This document shows positions 56,981 to 64,000 of a DNA stretch of 64,000 nucleotides, piece by piece. The notes beneath the pieces are model-generated. The model made no database searches. It was not told where the DNA came from and saw nothing but the letters and a program-made list of their open reading frames with translations. The first letter of the stretch is position 1. Each line of letters begins with the position of its first letter. Source of the stretch: Escherichia phage UPEC06; the sequence record MW250786. The stretch is one strand, 5' to 3'. Position numbers and translations under genes: made by a program.

Positions 56981-57259
56981 ATGACTATTACTAAATTATC
57001 CACCGAAGAGATCACCAACATTCTGACTACTAATCTTGGAGATTGGAAGCGTGAAGCTGATTTGCAAGCAACCTGTAAACTGAATACAGAGCTAACATCA
57101 GACGATATTGAAACGATCGTCCATGCTGATTTCTATGATGCTTTGCATGATGATTCTATCGTCCTTGAAACGTTGTTAGATAATGCCTGGATCAATCCCG
57201 ATTTGGCGGCGTATGGTCATAGCGCCTTTGTTACTATCCACAATATTTATAACCGTTAA
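56981..57259 (+). CDS. hypothetical protein, paralogue of 58733-59011 product
   Basis: MTITKLSTEEITNILTTNLGDWKREADLQ aligns with MTIAKLSAEEIEQVLTTNLEQWKREADIQ. Confidence 0.55.
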   Translation: MTITKLSTEEITNILTTNLGDWKREADLQATCKLNTELTSDDIETIVHADFYDALHDDSIVLETLLDNAWINPDLAAYGHSAFVTIHNIYNR

Positions 57260-57269
57260 GAGGTGATAA

Positions 57270-57533
57270 GTGGCCCTTTCAACAACAAATAAAGTAATTG
57301 GTGTTATCCCTGGGAGATCAATCAAGGTTGGCGATCTCATACGCTTACAAGTTGCTTCCTTTCCTGGTCCGGCTTATGATTTTTGTCATACCGTTGCGAT
57401 TCAAGAGAATCCGCATGATGTTAACCTCATGGTGATTTGGTACAAGCTGGCAAATGGTCAACTTTGCGAGGATATCATAGGGAAAGATGAGGCGTTCAAT
57501 ATTATGTACCAAAACGGCCCGCTAACGGCCTAA
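57270..57533 (+). CDS. hypothetical protein, paralogue of 59255-59482 product
   Basis: GTG start with AAGAGGTGA RBS; shared PxYDFC...VIWY...DIxGxDE pattern. Confidence 0.5.
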   Translation: MALSTTNKVIGVIPGRSIKVGDLIRLQVASFPGPAYDFCHTVAIQENPHDVNLMVIWYKLANGQLCEDIIGKDEAFNIMYQNGPLTA

Positions 57534-57630
57534 AACGGCGAAAGTATGCAATCACCTTACTTGATACTATTCTACGCCCTGGCTTATCCTGGGGCTTTTG
57601 ATTGGGGTAGAAAATAATTCGAAAAAGTAG

Positions 57631-57687
57631 TTGACGGCAATTAACACTATGGTAAAGTGTACCCCGTAGGGCGGCAATAGCGCCGCT
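57631..57687 (+). promoter_or_regulatory. promoter-stem-loop cassette (GTAGTTGACG + GGGCGGCAATAGCGCCGCT hairpin)
   Basis: As other cassettes; approx coords. Confidence 0.55.
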
Positions 57688-58045
57688 CACTGAAAAAGGG
57701 TAAAATCATGTTAGAAAAAATTTTCACGGTTGTAATCTTAGGTTTAACATTCTTTGTAGGAGTAACTGCAACGATGGCTAATATGATTTTATCTTTCAAT
57801 GGTATTGGTTAAGAGGAAACAACAAATGAAAACTTTCAACGCAACAGCCTCAACAATTGGCTATATTATTACAGTACAGGCCGTGGATCTGGTAGCGGCG
57901 GCAAACAAGATTAAAAAAATGATTCCGACAGATAGCAAATTTTCCGTATGGGAAGTCAAATAATCCTTGACAGTAATTTATTATCTGGTAAAGTCTATTA
58001 TGTAGGGCGGCAATAGTGCCGCTGATAACCGAAGAGAAACAACAA

Positions 58046-58219
58046 ATGATCCCAACTATCTTTTACATATCTCGCAAAGGCATCAACATCCATTGGATGG
58101 AAGATTTAGAGCAAGCTATAGAGTATGCCCGTGGTCGTGTCGCTATCGGCGGCGTAGATATCACCGTTACCGATGAGAACGGGATCGAGTATTATAACAG
58201 CGAAGAAGAAGACTACTAA
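58046..58219 (+). CDS. hypothetical small protein
   Basis: Start set to ATG 58046 (MIPTIF) after promoter, GGCGGCAATAGTGCCGC hairpin and RBS. Confidence 0.45.
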   Translation: MIPTIFYISRKGINIHWMEDLEQAIEYARGRVAIGGVDITVTDENGIEYYNSEEEDY

Positions 58220-58263
58220 TCAACAGGGCGGCAAGAATGCCGCCATATAAAGGAATAAATGAA

Positions 58264-58650
58264 ATGAAACAAGAAATCATCAATACAATTATCGACGGTT
58301 ACAAAGAAGCCTTTATTTTCGCTGAATCAGCAACGGATCAGTACGGGGAGCATATCGATAACCTTGATCCTTATGACTTCTCCCAGGACGCAAACGACCG
58401 GATCGCCCAGGATGTAACAGCCTTCATTAATGCCAATATCGCCGTTATATCTGAGGCAATGTCTGACGGTGCAACAGCGATCCAGATAGGGAATGATTTA
58501 CATCTTACACGCAACGGTCACGGCGTAGGATTTTGGGATCGTCCTGAGATATACACCACGGATACGGGTAACCGTTTGAGTAATGCCGCTAAATTAATGC
58601 CTAACGTGTCAGCTTACATTGGGAAAGATAATCTGATTTATATTGAATAA
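58264..58650 (+). CDS. hypothetical protein
   Basis: Start set to ATG 58264 (MKQEII) after RBS; track start 58237 lies in loop of hairpin GGGCGGCAAGAATGCCGCC. Confidence 0.45.
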   Translation: MKQEIINTIIDGYKEAFIFAESATDQYGEHIDNLDPYDFSQDANDRIAQDVTAFINANIAVISEAMSDGATAIQIGNDLHLTRNGHGVGFWDRPEIYTTDTGNRLSNAAKLMPNVSAYIGKDNLIYIE

Positions 58651-58656
58651 AAAGTA

Positions 58657-58712
58657 TTGACAAGCTGAATCAACCTGATAAGATGTATCACATAGGGGCG
58701 ACAAGCGCCCCG
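58657..58712 (+). promoter_or_regulatory. promoter-stem-loop cassette (TTGACA-16-TAAGAT + GGGGCGACAAGCGCCCC hairpin)
   Basis: As other cassettes; approx coords. Confidence 0.55.
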
Positions 58713-58732
58713 CCTAACAGAGAGATAGAATC

Positions 58733-59011
58733 ATGACCATCGCCAAATTATCCGCTGAAGAAATCGAACAAGTGTTAACTACTAACCTGGAACAATGGAA
58801 ACGTGAGGCAGATATACAATCAGCACAATGGCTTAACGAGAAGTTAACACCGGATGATCTGAGTAAGATTATAGATCCTCAATTCTATGAAGATATTCAC
58901 GACACGGCGTTATCCGTTGAGGATGTACTCGATAAGCATTACATTGCTACTGATTTGCAGGTTTACGGGCGTAAAAACTTTATTACTATTCACGACATTT
59001 ACAATAACTAA
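58733..59011 (+). CDS. hypothetical protein, paralogue of 56981-57259 product
   Basis: See 56981-57259. Confidence 0.55.
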   Translation: MTIAKLSAEEIEQVLTTNLEQWKREADIQSAQWLNEKLTPDDLSKIIDPQFYEDIHDTALSVEDVLDKHYIATDLQVYGRKNFITIHDIYNN

Positions 59012-59046
59012 GGGCGGCAACGCCCTACAACTAAAAGGGTAATATT

Positions 59047-59241
59047 ATGACGTTAGCAACATGTACCGGATCAAAAATTGCTTGCTTTGAGTTTATGGAA
59101 GACTACCACACGACCGCAATCACTAACCAATATATTACAGTGATCACGCGTGACGGTATCGCCTGGCATGTTCCGGTTTATGATGGGGATACCTATGAAG
59201 TCACCGATAGCGACGGCAATACAGCTATCTTTGTTGTCTAA
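59047..59241 (+). CDS. hypothetical protein
   Basis: 64-aa ORF after GGGCGGCAACGCCC hairpin and RBS. Confidence 0.45.
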   Translation: MTLATCTGSKIACFEFMEDYHTTAITNQYITVITRDGIAWHVPVYDGDTYEVTDSDGNTAIFVV

Positions 59242-59254
59242 GGGGGGAAACACT

Positions 59255-59482
59255 ATGCACAATAACATCATTACCGATCGTGCCGCTACTATGCGCCCTG
59301 GCGATCGGGCACGTTTACAGATCGGCGCTTATCCGTTCCCTACTTATGACTTTTGCAAAGTAACCGCTATCGAAAACAATCCGTTCGAACCTGATACCGT
59401 GATCGTATGGTATGAAGGAAGAGGTAATAAATTTGAAGACATTTTGGGGCGAGATGAGTTATTGAATATTCTACGTTATTAA
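59255..59482 (+). CDS. hypothetical protein, paralogue of 57270-57533 product
   Basis: Start set to ATG 59255 (MHNNII) after AAGGGGGG RBS. Confidence 0.5.
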   Translation: MHNNIITDRAATMRPGDRARLQIGAYPFPTYDFCKVTAIENNPFEPDTVIVWYEGRGNKFEDILGRDELLNILRY

Positions 59483-59600
59483 TCGCCGTCTAACAGCCTT
59501 AAGCCTGTTAAGCTATGCAACCCCCTACCTTGTCCAATCGTCGCGCCCTGGTTTATGCTGGGGCGTTCTACGTTACAGCAAAATAATTTTAAAAATACGC

Positions 59601-59659
59601 TTGACGCTCGCCAGGTGAGCGGGTATATTTTATCACGTAGGGCGGCAATAGTGCCGCTC
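59601..59659 (+). promoter_or_regulatory. promoter-stem-loop cassette (TTGACG-17-TATATT + GGGCGGCAATAGTGCCGCT hairpin)
   Basis: As other cassettes; approx coords. Confidence 0.6.
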
Positions 59660-59679
59660 ACTGAAAAAGGTAAATCAGC

Positions 59680-59871
59680 ATGAAAACTATCACCTATCTG
59701 GAATCGAATAATAAATTTTTTGCCCCTGTTGATGAAATCATCGAAGCCCTGGCAAACGGTGAGGGTGTAAATGGCTTGCCTCATGCTCAATTAGTCGGAC
59801 TTGTCAAGGCAAACAAAGAATTAGCCTACTATGTAGAAAACTTTGAAACAGCAGTTATATTTACAAAATAA
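59680..59871 (+). CDS. hypothetical protein
   Basis: 63-aa ORF after cassette. Confidence 0.45.
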   Translation: MKTITYLESNNKFFAPVDEIIEALANGEGVNGLPHAQLVGLVKANKELAYYVENFETAVIFTK

Positions 59872-59951
59872 AGGTTGTATTCATTCCGCAACTGGTTTAT
59901 ATTATTTGTGTAGGGCGGCAATAGTGCCGCTCACTGACTGGAGCTATCATT

Positions 59952-60353
59952 ATGGCCTTTACAATCACCTCTTACACTGACGTTGCCAACATTGCTAAAA
60001 CTTTCGGCCCTGAAGCCCTTAAGTATGCGGTATCCAATGGTAAACTAACGAAAGAGCAATGTTACCTGATTGGAAGCTGTAAACGTTGGGCGGCATCTCG
60101 TAACATCGAGATTGAAAACGTAAATGATGGTAACATCGAGTATAGCGTTGATGCAGTATTCAAGGCCGTGTATTTGGGCGGTATCTATAATACCAACCTT
60201 AATGATGTGCGTATCGTTCGCACTGGTTTTGGGGCTTATGATGTTCCAGTTCGCGAAGCTATGGAAAAAGGTTATATTAATCCAGCTATTTTAAGTATGA
60301 TCATGACTGAGGCCAAAGAACGTAACGAAGTACGGGCCATCCTGGGCCTGTAA
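59952..60353 (+). CDS. hypothetical protein
   Basis: 133-aa ORF after GTAGGGCGGCAATAGTGCCGCTCACTGA element. Confidence 0.5.
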   Translation: MAFTITSYTDVANIAKTFGPEALKYAVSNGKLTKEQCYLIGSCKRWAASRNIEIENVNDGNIEYSVDAVFKAVYLGGIYNTNLNDVRIVRTGFGAYDVPVREAMEKGYINPAILSMIMTEAKERNEVRAILGL

Positions 60354-60451
60354 TGAAATATTAACAGAAAACTATTGACACGGATCGTCAATATGCTAAT
60401 ATTTATCACGTAGGGCGGCAATGGTGCAGCCCACTGGAAAAGGTAAAAATC

Positions 60452-60697
60452 ATGTACCAGACAACTAAAATTGGCAATATCTATCACGATCCTAAAAACT
60501 CACGCGGTACAGCCTGGATCAAGATGCCCAACAACGTTTGGTACTATGCATTAAAAGGCAATACCTTGATGGGCAATCGTTGGAAGTGGATTAAAGAAAA
60601 TAACAACATTATTAACGATGAAAAAATCCAAGAAATGGTAGCAACGGGTAAGGTTGTAATGCAAGAAAACACCGACCGCCTTACTCGTCAATTTTAA
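60452..60697 (+). CDS. hypothetical protein
   Basis: 81-aa ORF after TTGACA promoter and degenerate hairpin. Confidence 0.45.
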   Translation: MYQTTKIGNIYHDPKNSRGTAWIKMPNNVWYYALKGNTLMGNRWKWIKENNNIINDEKIQEMVATGKVVMQENTDRLTRQF

Positions 60698-60706
60698 TAT
60701 CAATAA

Positions 60707-60722
60707 GGGGCGGCAACGCCCC
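60707..60722 (+). other. intercistronic stem-loop with GNRA-type loop (GGGGCG-GCAA-CGCCCC)
   Basis: 6-bp GC stem, GCAA tetraloop, between ORFs and upstream of RBS. Confidence 0.5.
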
Positions 60723-60745
60723 ACCTCGACCAAAGAGAAACAATA

Positions 60746-60952
60746 ATGAGTATTGCAGCGATTAGCTCATCCGACATTAAAAAGGCTTTATCTGTGTTGC
60801 GCTATCACCACCACAGGAAAGTAATCAACGATGAGAGCTATCTAGATTCATCGTTAGAAAGCGATACGTTGGAAGCCATTTCAAAATTATCCGATTTACA
60901 TAAACGCATGACCGAAAGCAACCGATCCGACTTCATAGGGGGCGAAATATGA
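60746..60952 (+). CDS. hypothetical protein
   Basis: 68-aa ORF. Confidence 0.45.
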   Translation: MSIAAISSSDIKKALSVLRYHHHRKVINDESYLDSSLESDTLEAISKLSDLHKRMTESNRSDFIGGEI

Positions 60953-61209
60953 GCATTGCAATGTTAATTAATGCGGTAGAAGAGGCAAAAGCATTAAAGC
61001 TATGTGTTGAACTGATTGATCAACCAGGCGGCGATCTCCTTGTCCAAATTTATCCCCAAAAGGATTATTCTGGCGCTTATAGTTGGTGCTACTCTGACAC
61101 GTTCGGACAAGTAGACATTAAAGCAATAACATCGTTTATCAACAGGGCCATACTTGAGCAAACGATAGAGATTAACGGAATGTTAAAAACACCCTGGCAC
61201 ATTTACTAA
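60949..61209 (+). CDS. hypothetical protein
   Basis: 86-aa ORF, ATGA overlap. Confidence 0.45.
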   Translation: MSIAMLINAVEEAKALKLCVELIDQPGGDLLVQIYPQKDYSGAYSWCYSDTFGQVDIKAITSFINRAILEQTIEINGMLKTPWHIY

Positions 61210-61216
61210 GTTCGAT

Positions 61217-61246
61217 AAAAGGGCTTGACTTGTTCGGCCCTTTTTT
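61217..61246 (+). terminator. Rho-independent terminator
   Basis: AGGGC-loop-GCCCT stem followed by TTTTTT. Confidence 0.55.
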
Positions 61247-61385
61247 GCTATTCTTATCAAACGGGCGGCAACTGGGGACAGGGGAAGGTAATCACCGGAA
61301 GACTTTGGCATATACTGATAGTAAATAACTATTAATACTCACCAAAAATAAAATAAAATTTATTAAATCTTTACAATTCTACGTA

Positions 61386-61680
61386 TTGACACCGGATCAC
61401 CGTTATATTATTATTTATCTCGTAGGGCAGCGAAGCAGTGATGCAAAGTAGTTACTCTATGATGTAAGTTCTGAGAAGTCGAATCCGATAAAGTATCAGA
61501 AAGTTTCTAAGTTTTCGAATCGTCCAGATGAAAAAGGCTGGCAAGTGTTGAGAAAGGGCACGTTGAGTAAGTCCCGAAAAGGGGCGCTCTTAGACACCTT
61601 CTACTGAGATTGCGATCAAAGTGTTAAACTGTGAGAAACAAAAAGAGTACCAGGAAAGAAAAAAAAAAGTTAAAAAGATT
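61386..61680 (+). other. promoter-driven non-coding leader / candidate small RNA locus
   Basis: TTGACA-N17-TATTAT promoter-like pair, then ~250 nt with no ORF above ~10 codons before the next promoter at ~61684. Confidence 0.3.
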
Positions 61681-61755
61681 ATTGACACAAAAGTAAGTTT
61701 TGTACTATTATCTATCTCGTAGGGCAAACATTCAAAACATTAAAAAGGGTACAAA

Positions 61756-62031
61756 ATGTTACAGCTTAACGCTAAATTAGACAAAGAAATCACTGAGTTT
61801 TGGGATATGGTAGTAGCTACAGATGTAGACGGTGTAGCAAGTCCTTACCTCAATAACATCGAGTATCACAATGTTGCAGCTATGAATGCAGAATATGCAG
61901 AAGAAGGCGGCGCGGATAAGTTTGCTAAAAGCAACGGTTTCACTGATGCTAATGATATGATGCAATCAGTATTGTGGCAAGCCCAGGAAGATTTTGAAGA
62001 AAAAACACTTGAATTCGCCAGACGTTCATAA
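61756..62031 (+). CDS. hypothetical acidic protein
   Basis: 91-aa ORF after TTGACA-N-TATTAT promoter-like pair. Confidence 0.5.
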   Translation: MLQLNAKLDKEITEFWDMVVATDVDGVASPYLNNIEYHNVAAMNAEYAEEGGADKFAKSNGFTDANDMMQSVLWQAQEDFEEKTLEFARRS

Positions 62032-62086
62032 TAGAATAATCAAACGGGCCGAGAGGCCCACTAACTGACCTAACAGGATTAATATC

Positions 62087-62356
62087 ATGAATCGCATCGA
62101 TCAGCTTAAAGTAGTTCAGCATATGGCTTACCGTATCCTTGAAGTCCAGAAGGGTAGCAAAAAAGAAGTATGCGAGAAAGCGTACAAGGTATTCAGCCAT
62201 AAATCTGACGATTGGAAATTACAGAAAGTTAAAAAGGCCGATATCCTGGGCTACCTTGAGGATGAGATCCGCCTTGCGGAGCAAAAACAGATTCGTCGTG
62301 ATGAGGCAGAACATAACCAGGCCTGGCAGGAGTGGTTTAAAGGGTATACTAAGTAA
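62087..62356 (+). CDS. hypothetical protein
   Basis: 89-aa ORF with RBS. Confidence 0.5.
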   Translation: MNRIDQLKVVQHMAYRILEVQKGSKKEVCEKAYKVFSHKSDDWKLQKVKKADILGYLEDEIRLAEQKQIRRDEAEHNQAWQEWFKGYTK

Positions 62357-62487
62357 TACTAAAACAGGGGCCATATGGCCCCTTTGTAAATATCCAATTA
62401 ATTTACAATTCTCCCTATTGACAGGCTAGTCAGTTTTGCACTATAGTTAAGTTCCTGGCAGCAAACAACAAAACAAAGGACAACAGC

Positions 62488-62907
62488 ATGAACATCAAAT
62501 CAAATAATCCGGCATACTCTTTCGATAACGCTTTTTGTCACGGTAGCGCCGCCAAAGGTTTTGAAATTGATGGTAAACTGGTTATCGTCAATGTTGATGG
62601 GGAAGAGGTTGCAGTTTATCCAGTGGCAGACGTTAAAAGCCGTTTACAGTGCCGCATGGACGTTAACGAATATCGCCTTGATCCGGTTCGTGTAGTTGCC
62701 TTAGTCCTGGAAGAAGAAATTAAAGCAATGCAGCATAGCAACAAGTTTATCGGTGATGCACAGGACAACATGAAAGTAAGCCGCCACAAAGTTAATGAAG
62801 CACTGAAAGATTTTGGCTTTAAAGACCTAGTTATTAAACGTGATGAAAAATTCCGCTTTCGTAATGATCTGGCAAATCGCTACTATGAAATCTATGAAGC
62901 ACTTTAA
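62488..62907 (+). CDS. hypothetical protein
   Basis: 139-aa ORF after TTGACA promoter-like site. Confidence 0.5.
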   Translation: MNIKSNNPAYSFDNAFCHGSAAKGFEIDGKLVIVNVDGEEVAVYPVADVKSRLQCRMDVNEYRLDPVRVVALVLEEEIKAMQHSNKFIGDAQDNMKVSRHKVNEALKDFGFKDLVIKRDEKFRFRNDLANRYYEIYEAL

Positions 62908-62920
62908 GAGGTAAGACAAC

Positions 62921-62947
62921 AAAGGGCCGCTATTGCGGCCTTTATTA
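62921..62947 (+). terminator. Rho-independent terminator ending the small-ORF array
   Basis: AAAGGGCCGC-tatt-GCGGCCTTT hairpin plus TTTATTAT. Confidence 0.65.
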
Positions 62948-63151
62948 TATCCATCGGCGTGACTCTCCCAACTCTATTAATCCCCTCCCTCATTTGGATC
63001 ATCCTACTCTATCCAACCCTTCTAACTTACTTTACCCATCAATCTAATCAGCTTCCTGAATCTCTCCTATAAAAATCAAAACTAACCTGATAGCTTACCA
63101 CAACAAAACACACAAAGAAAGAACTATTTTGCCCACAAAGAAAGCAGTTTT

Positions 63152-63790
63152 AAAGAGATACCATTGCCAGAGTATGGAGGTGGCGCGACCGTAGGGAGCG
63201 ACACTATAAAACGAGTATACCCCTCCTACCGCTATGCGGTCATCGGTGATAACCGATAACATACTGTTATCTGTTCTCTTCGTTTCCTCGTTTTATAGTG
63301 TCTACTTATAGTAATCTTTTATCCTTTGTCAATACATTATCGAAGATAATATTGAATTATTTAATGCTTTGTTAGTAATTATTTATGCATGGATACTGAT
63401 TATGTATGCAATAAGGATGCAATGGGAAGGCCGTTAGTGTGACCACACAAAGAGGCTGTAGGGTACACAAAGAGGCCGTAAAAGGCTGTATTTGCCCACA
63501 GAATGAACAAGTAAGCAGGGCGGTACGCCAGTTTGCTAGACAAAACTCTCTTCTCTCTTCTCTCCCCAAATAAATTTTTTCTTGCTTTTATTGCCAGAGT
63601 ATGGCGGGGCGCTCAGGCTATTGATGGCCCTGATGGAGTCGCTCCTGCACAGTTGGGATAGTTCATCGTTGGATAGTCACAAGTTGGTATTATTCTTCCC
63701 ACTAGTTGGAACAGGCCAGAACTGGCGGGGCTTGGAGTCGCTCCACTTGTTGGGCGGAAGAAGGGCGCTTGCAGTGCGTATAAGTTGTAT
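63152..63790. repeat. dispersed imperfect repeats in terminal non-coding region
   Basis: ATTGCCAGAGTATGG at ~63152 and ~63590 with a variant GCCAGAACTGGCGGGG at ~63713; GGAGTCGCTCC x2; CACAAAGAGGCYGTA x2 at ~63445-63480. Confidence 0.4.
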
Positions 63791-64000
63791 TATGTTAAAT
63801 GCAGATCGAAATCGGTATTCTAAATCAGATTCAGAAGTCAATAGAAATCTTTAACTTTATTGTTGGGGTAGCACAACATTTTTCTTGACAAGTCGAATCA
63901 AAGATGTATTGCGGATTGAAAATAAATGAAGATAATGCTTGACTTCTTGGATATTTTGAAAACATCGGACCCCCTCTCCCTCCCCCACGGTCGCCGTGCC

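Noticed and set aside
49527-60725. GC-rich hairpins downstream of promoters read as Rho-independent terminators
   Set aside because: None is followed by a U-tract on either strand, and they sit between the -10 element and the RBS of the next ORF; true terminators in the window have clear T-runs.
61380-63800. tRNA genes in the non-coding stretches (61.4-61.7 kb, 63.1-63.8 kb) and in the intron
   Set aside because: I could not fold any segment into a cloverleaf with a 7-bp acceptor stem and T-loop GTTCRANYC by eye; a tRNAscan-SE run is needed for a definitive answer.
63372-63854. Track ORFs 63372-63569 (-) and 63582-63854 (+) in the terminal region
   Set aside because: No RBS, Leu/Ser-rich low-complexity translations, embedded in repeats after a strong terminator; more likely non-coding.
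1-64000. Prophage or integrated mobile element boundaries (integrase, att sites) and defence islands
   Set aside because: No integrase, recombinase, transposase or flanking bacterial housekeeping genes were seen; the whole window looks like a lytic phage genome.

Overview
This 64-kb window reads as part of an AT-rich (about 40% GC by eye) virulent tailed-phage genome with contractile-tail-type structural genes and a T7-type replication set. Layout: (1) 0.1-10.0 kb, + strand, late structural genes (baseplate-like proteins, tail-collar/Ig-like fibre, Tfa-like fibre chaperone, a 1077-aa repetitive long fibre, a distal fibre candidate). (2) 10.1-39.0 kb, - strand, replication and early/middle block: SSB with DDDIPF tail, family A DNA polymerase, a T7 gp4-like primase-helicase that appears split by a group I-like intron carrying an HNH homing endonuclease, a Dda-like SF1 helicase, a short C5-methyltransferase-like protein beside a GHKL-ATPase-like protein, a candidate lysis pair, and about 50 small ORFs. 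(3) 39.1-47.6 kb, + strand: HD-domain (SpoT-like) hydrolase, a MoxR-like AAA+ ATPase paired with a vWA/HExxH protein, and further unknowns. (4) 47.6-48.9 kb: non-coding region rich in direct repeats. (5) 48.9-62.9 kb, + strand: a dense array of small ORFs served by repeated cassettes of a sigma70-like promoter, a conserved GC-rich stem-loop and an RBS. (6) 62.9-64.0 kb: non-coding repeats. I found no rRNA, tRNA or CRISPR array by eye. ORF coordinates come from the six-frame track, with some starts moved to an in-frame ATG with an RBS; coordinates of non-coding elements are approximate (about +/-2 nt). All functional calls rest on motifs recognised by eye, with no database search.
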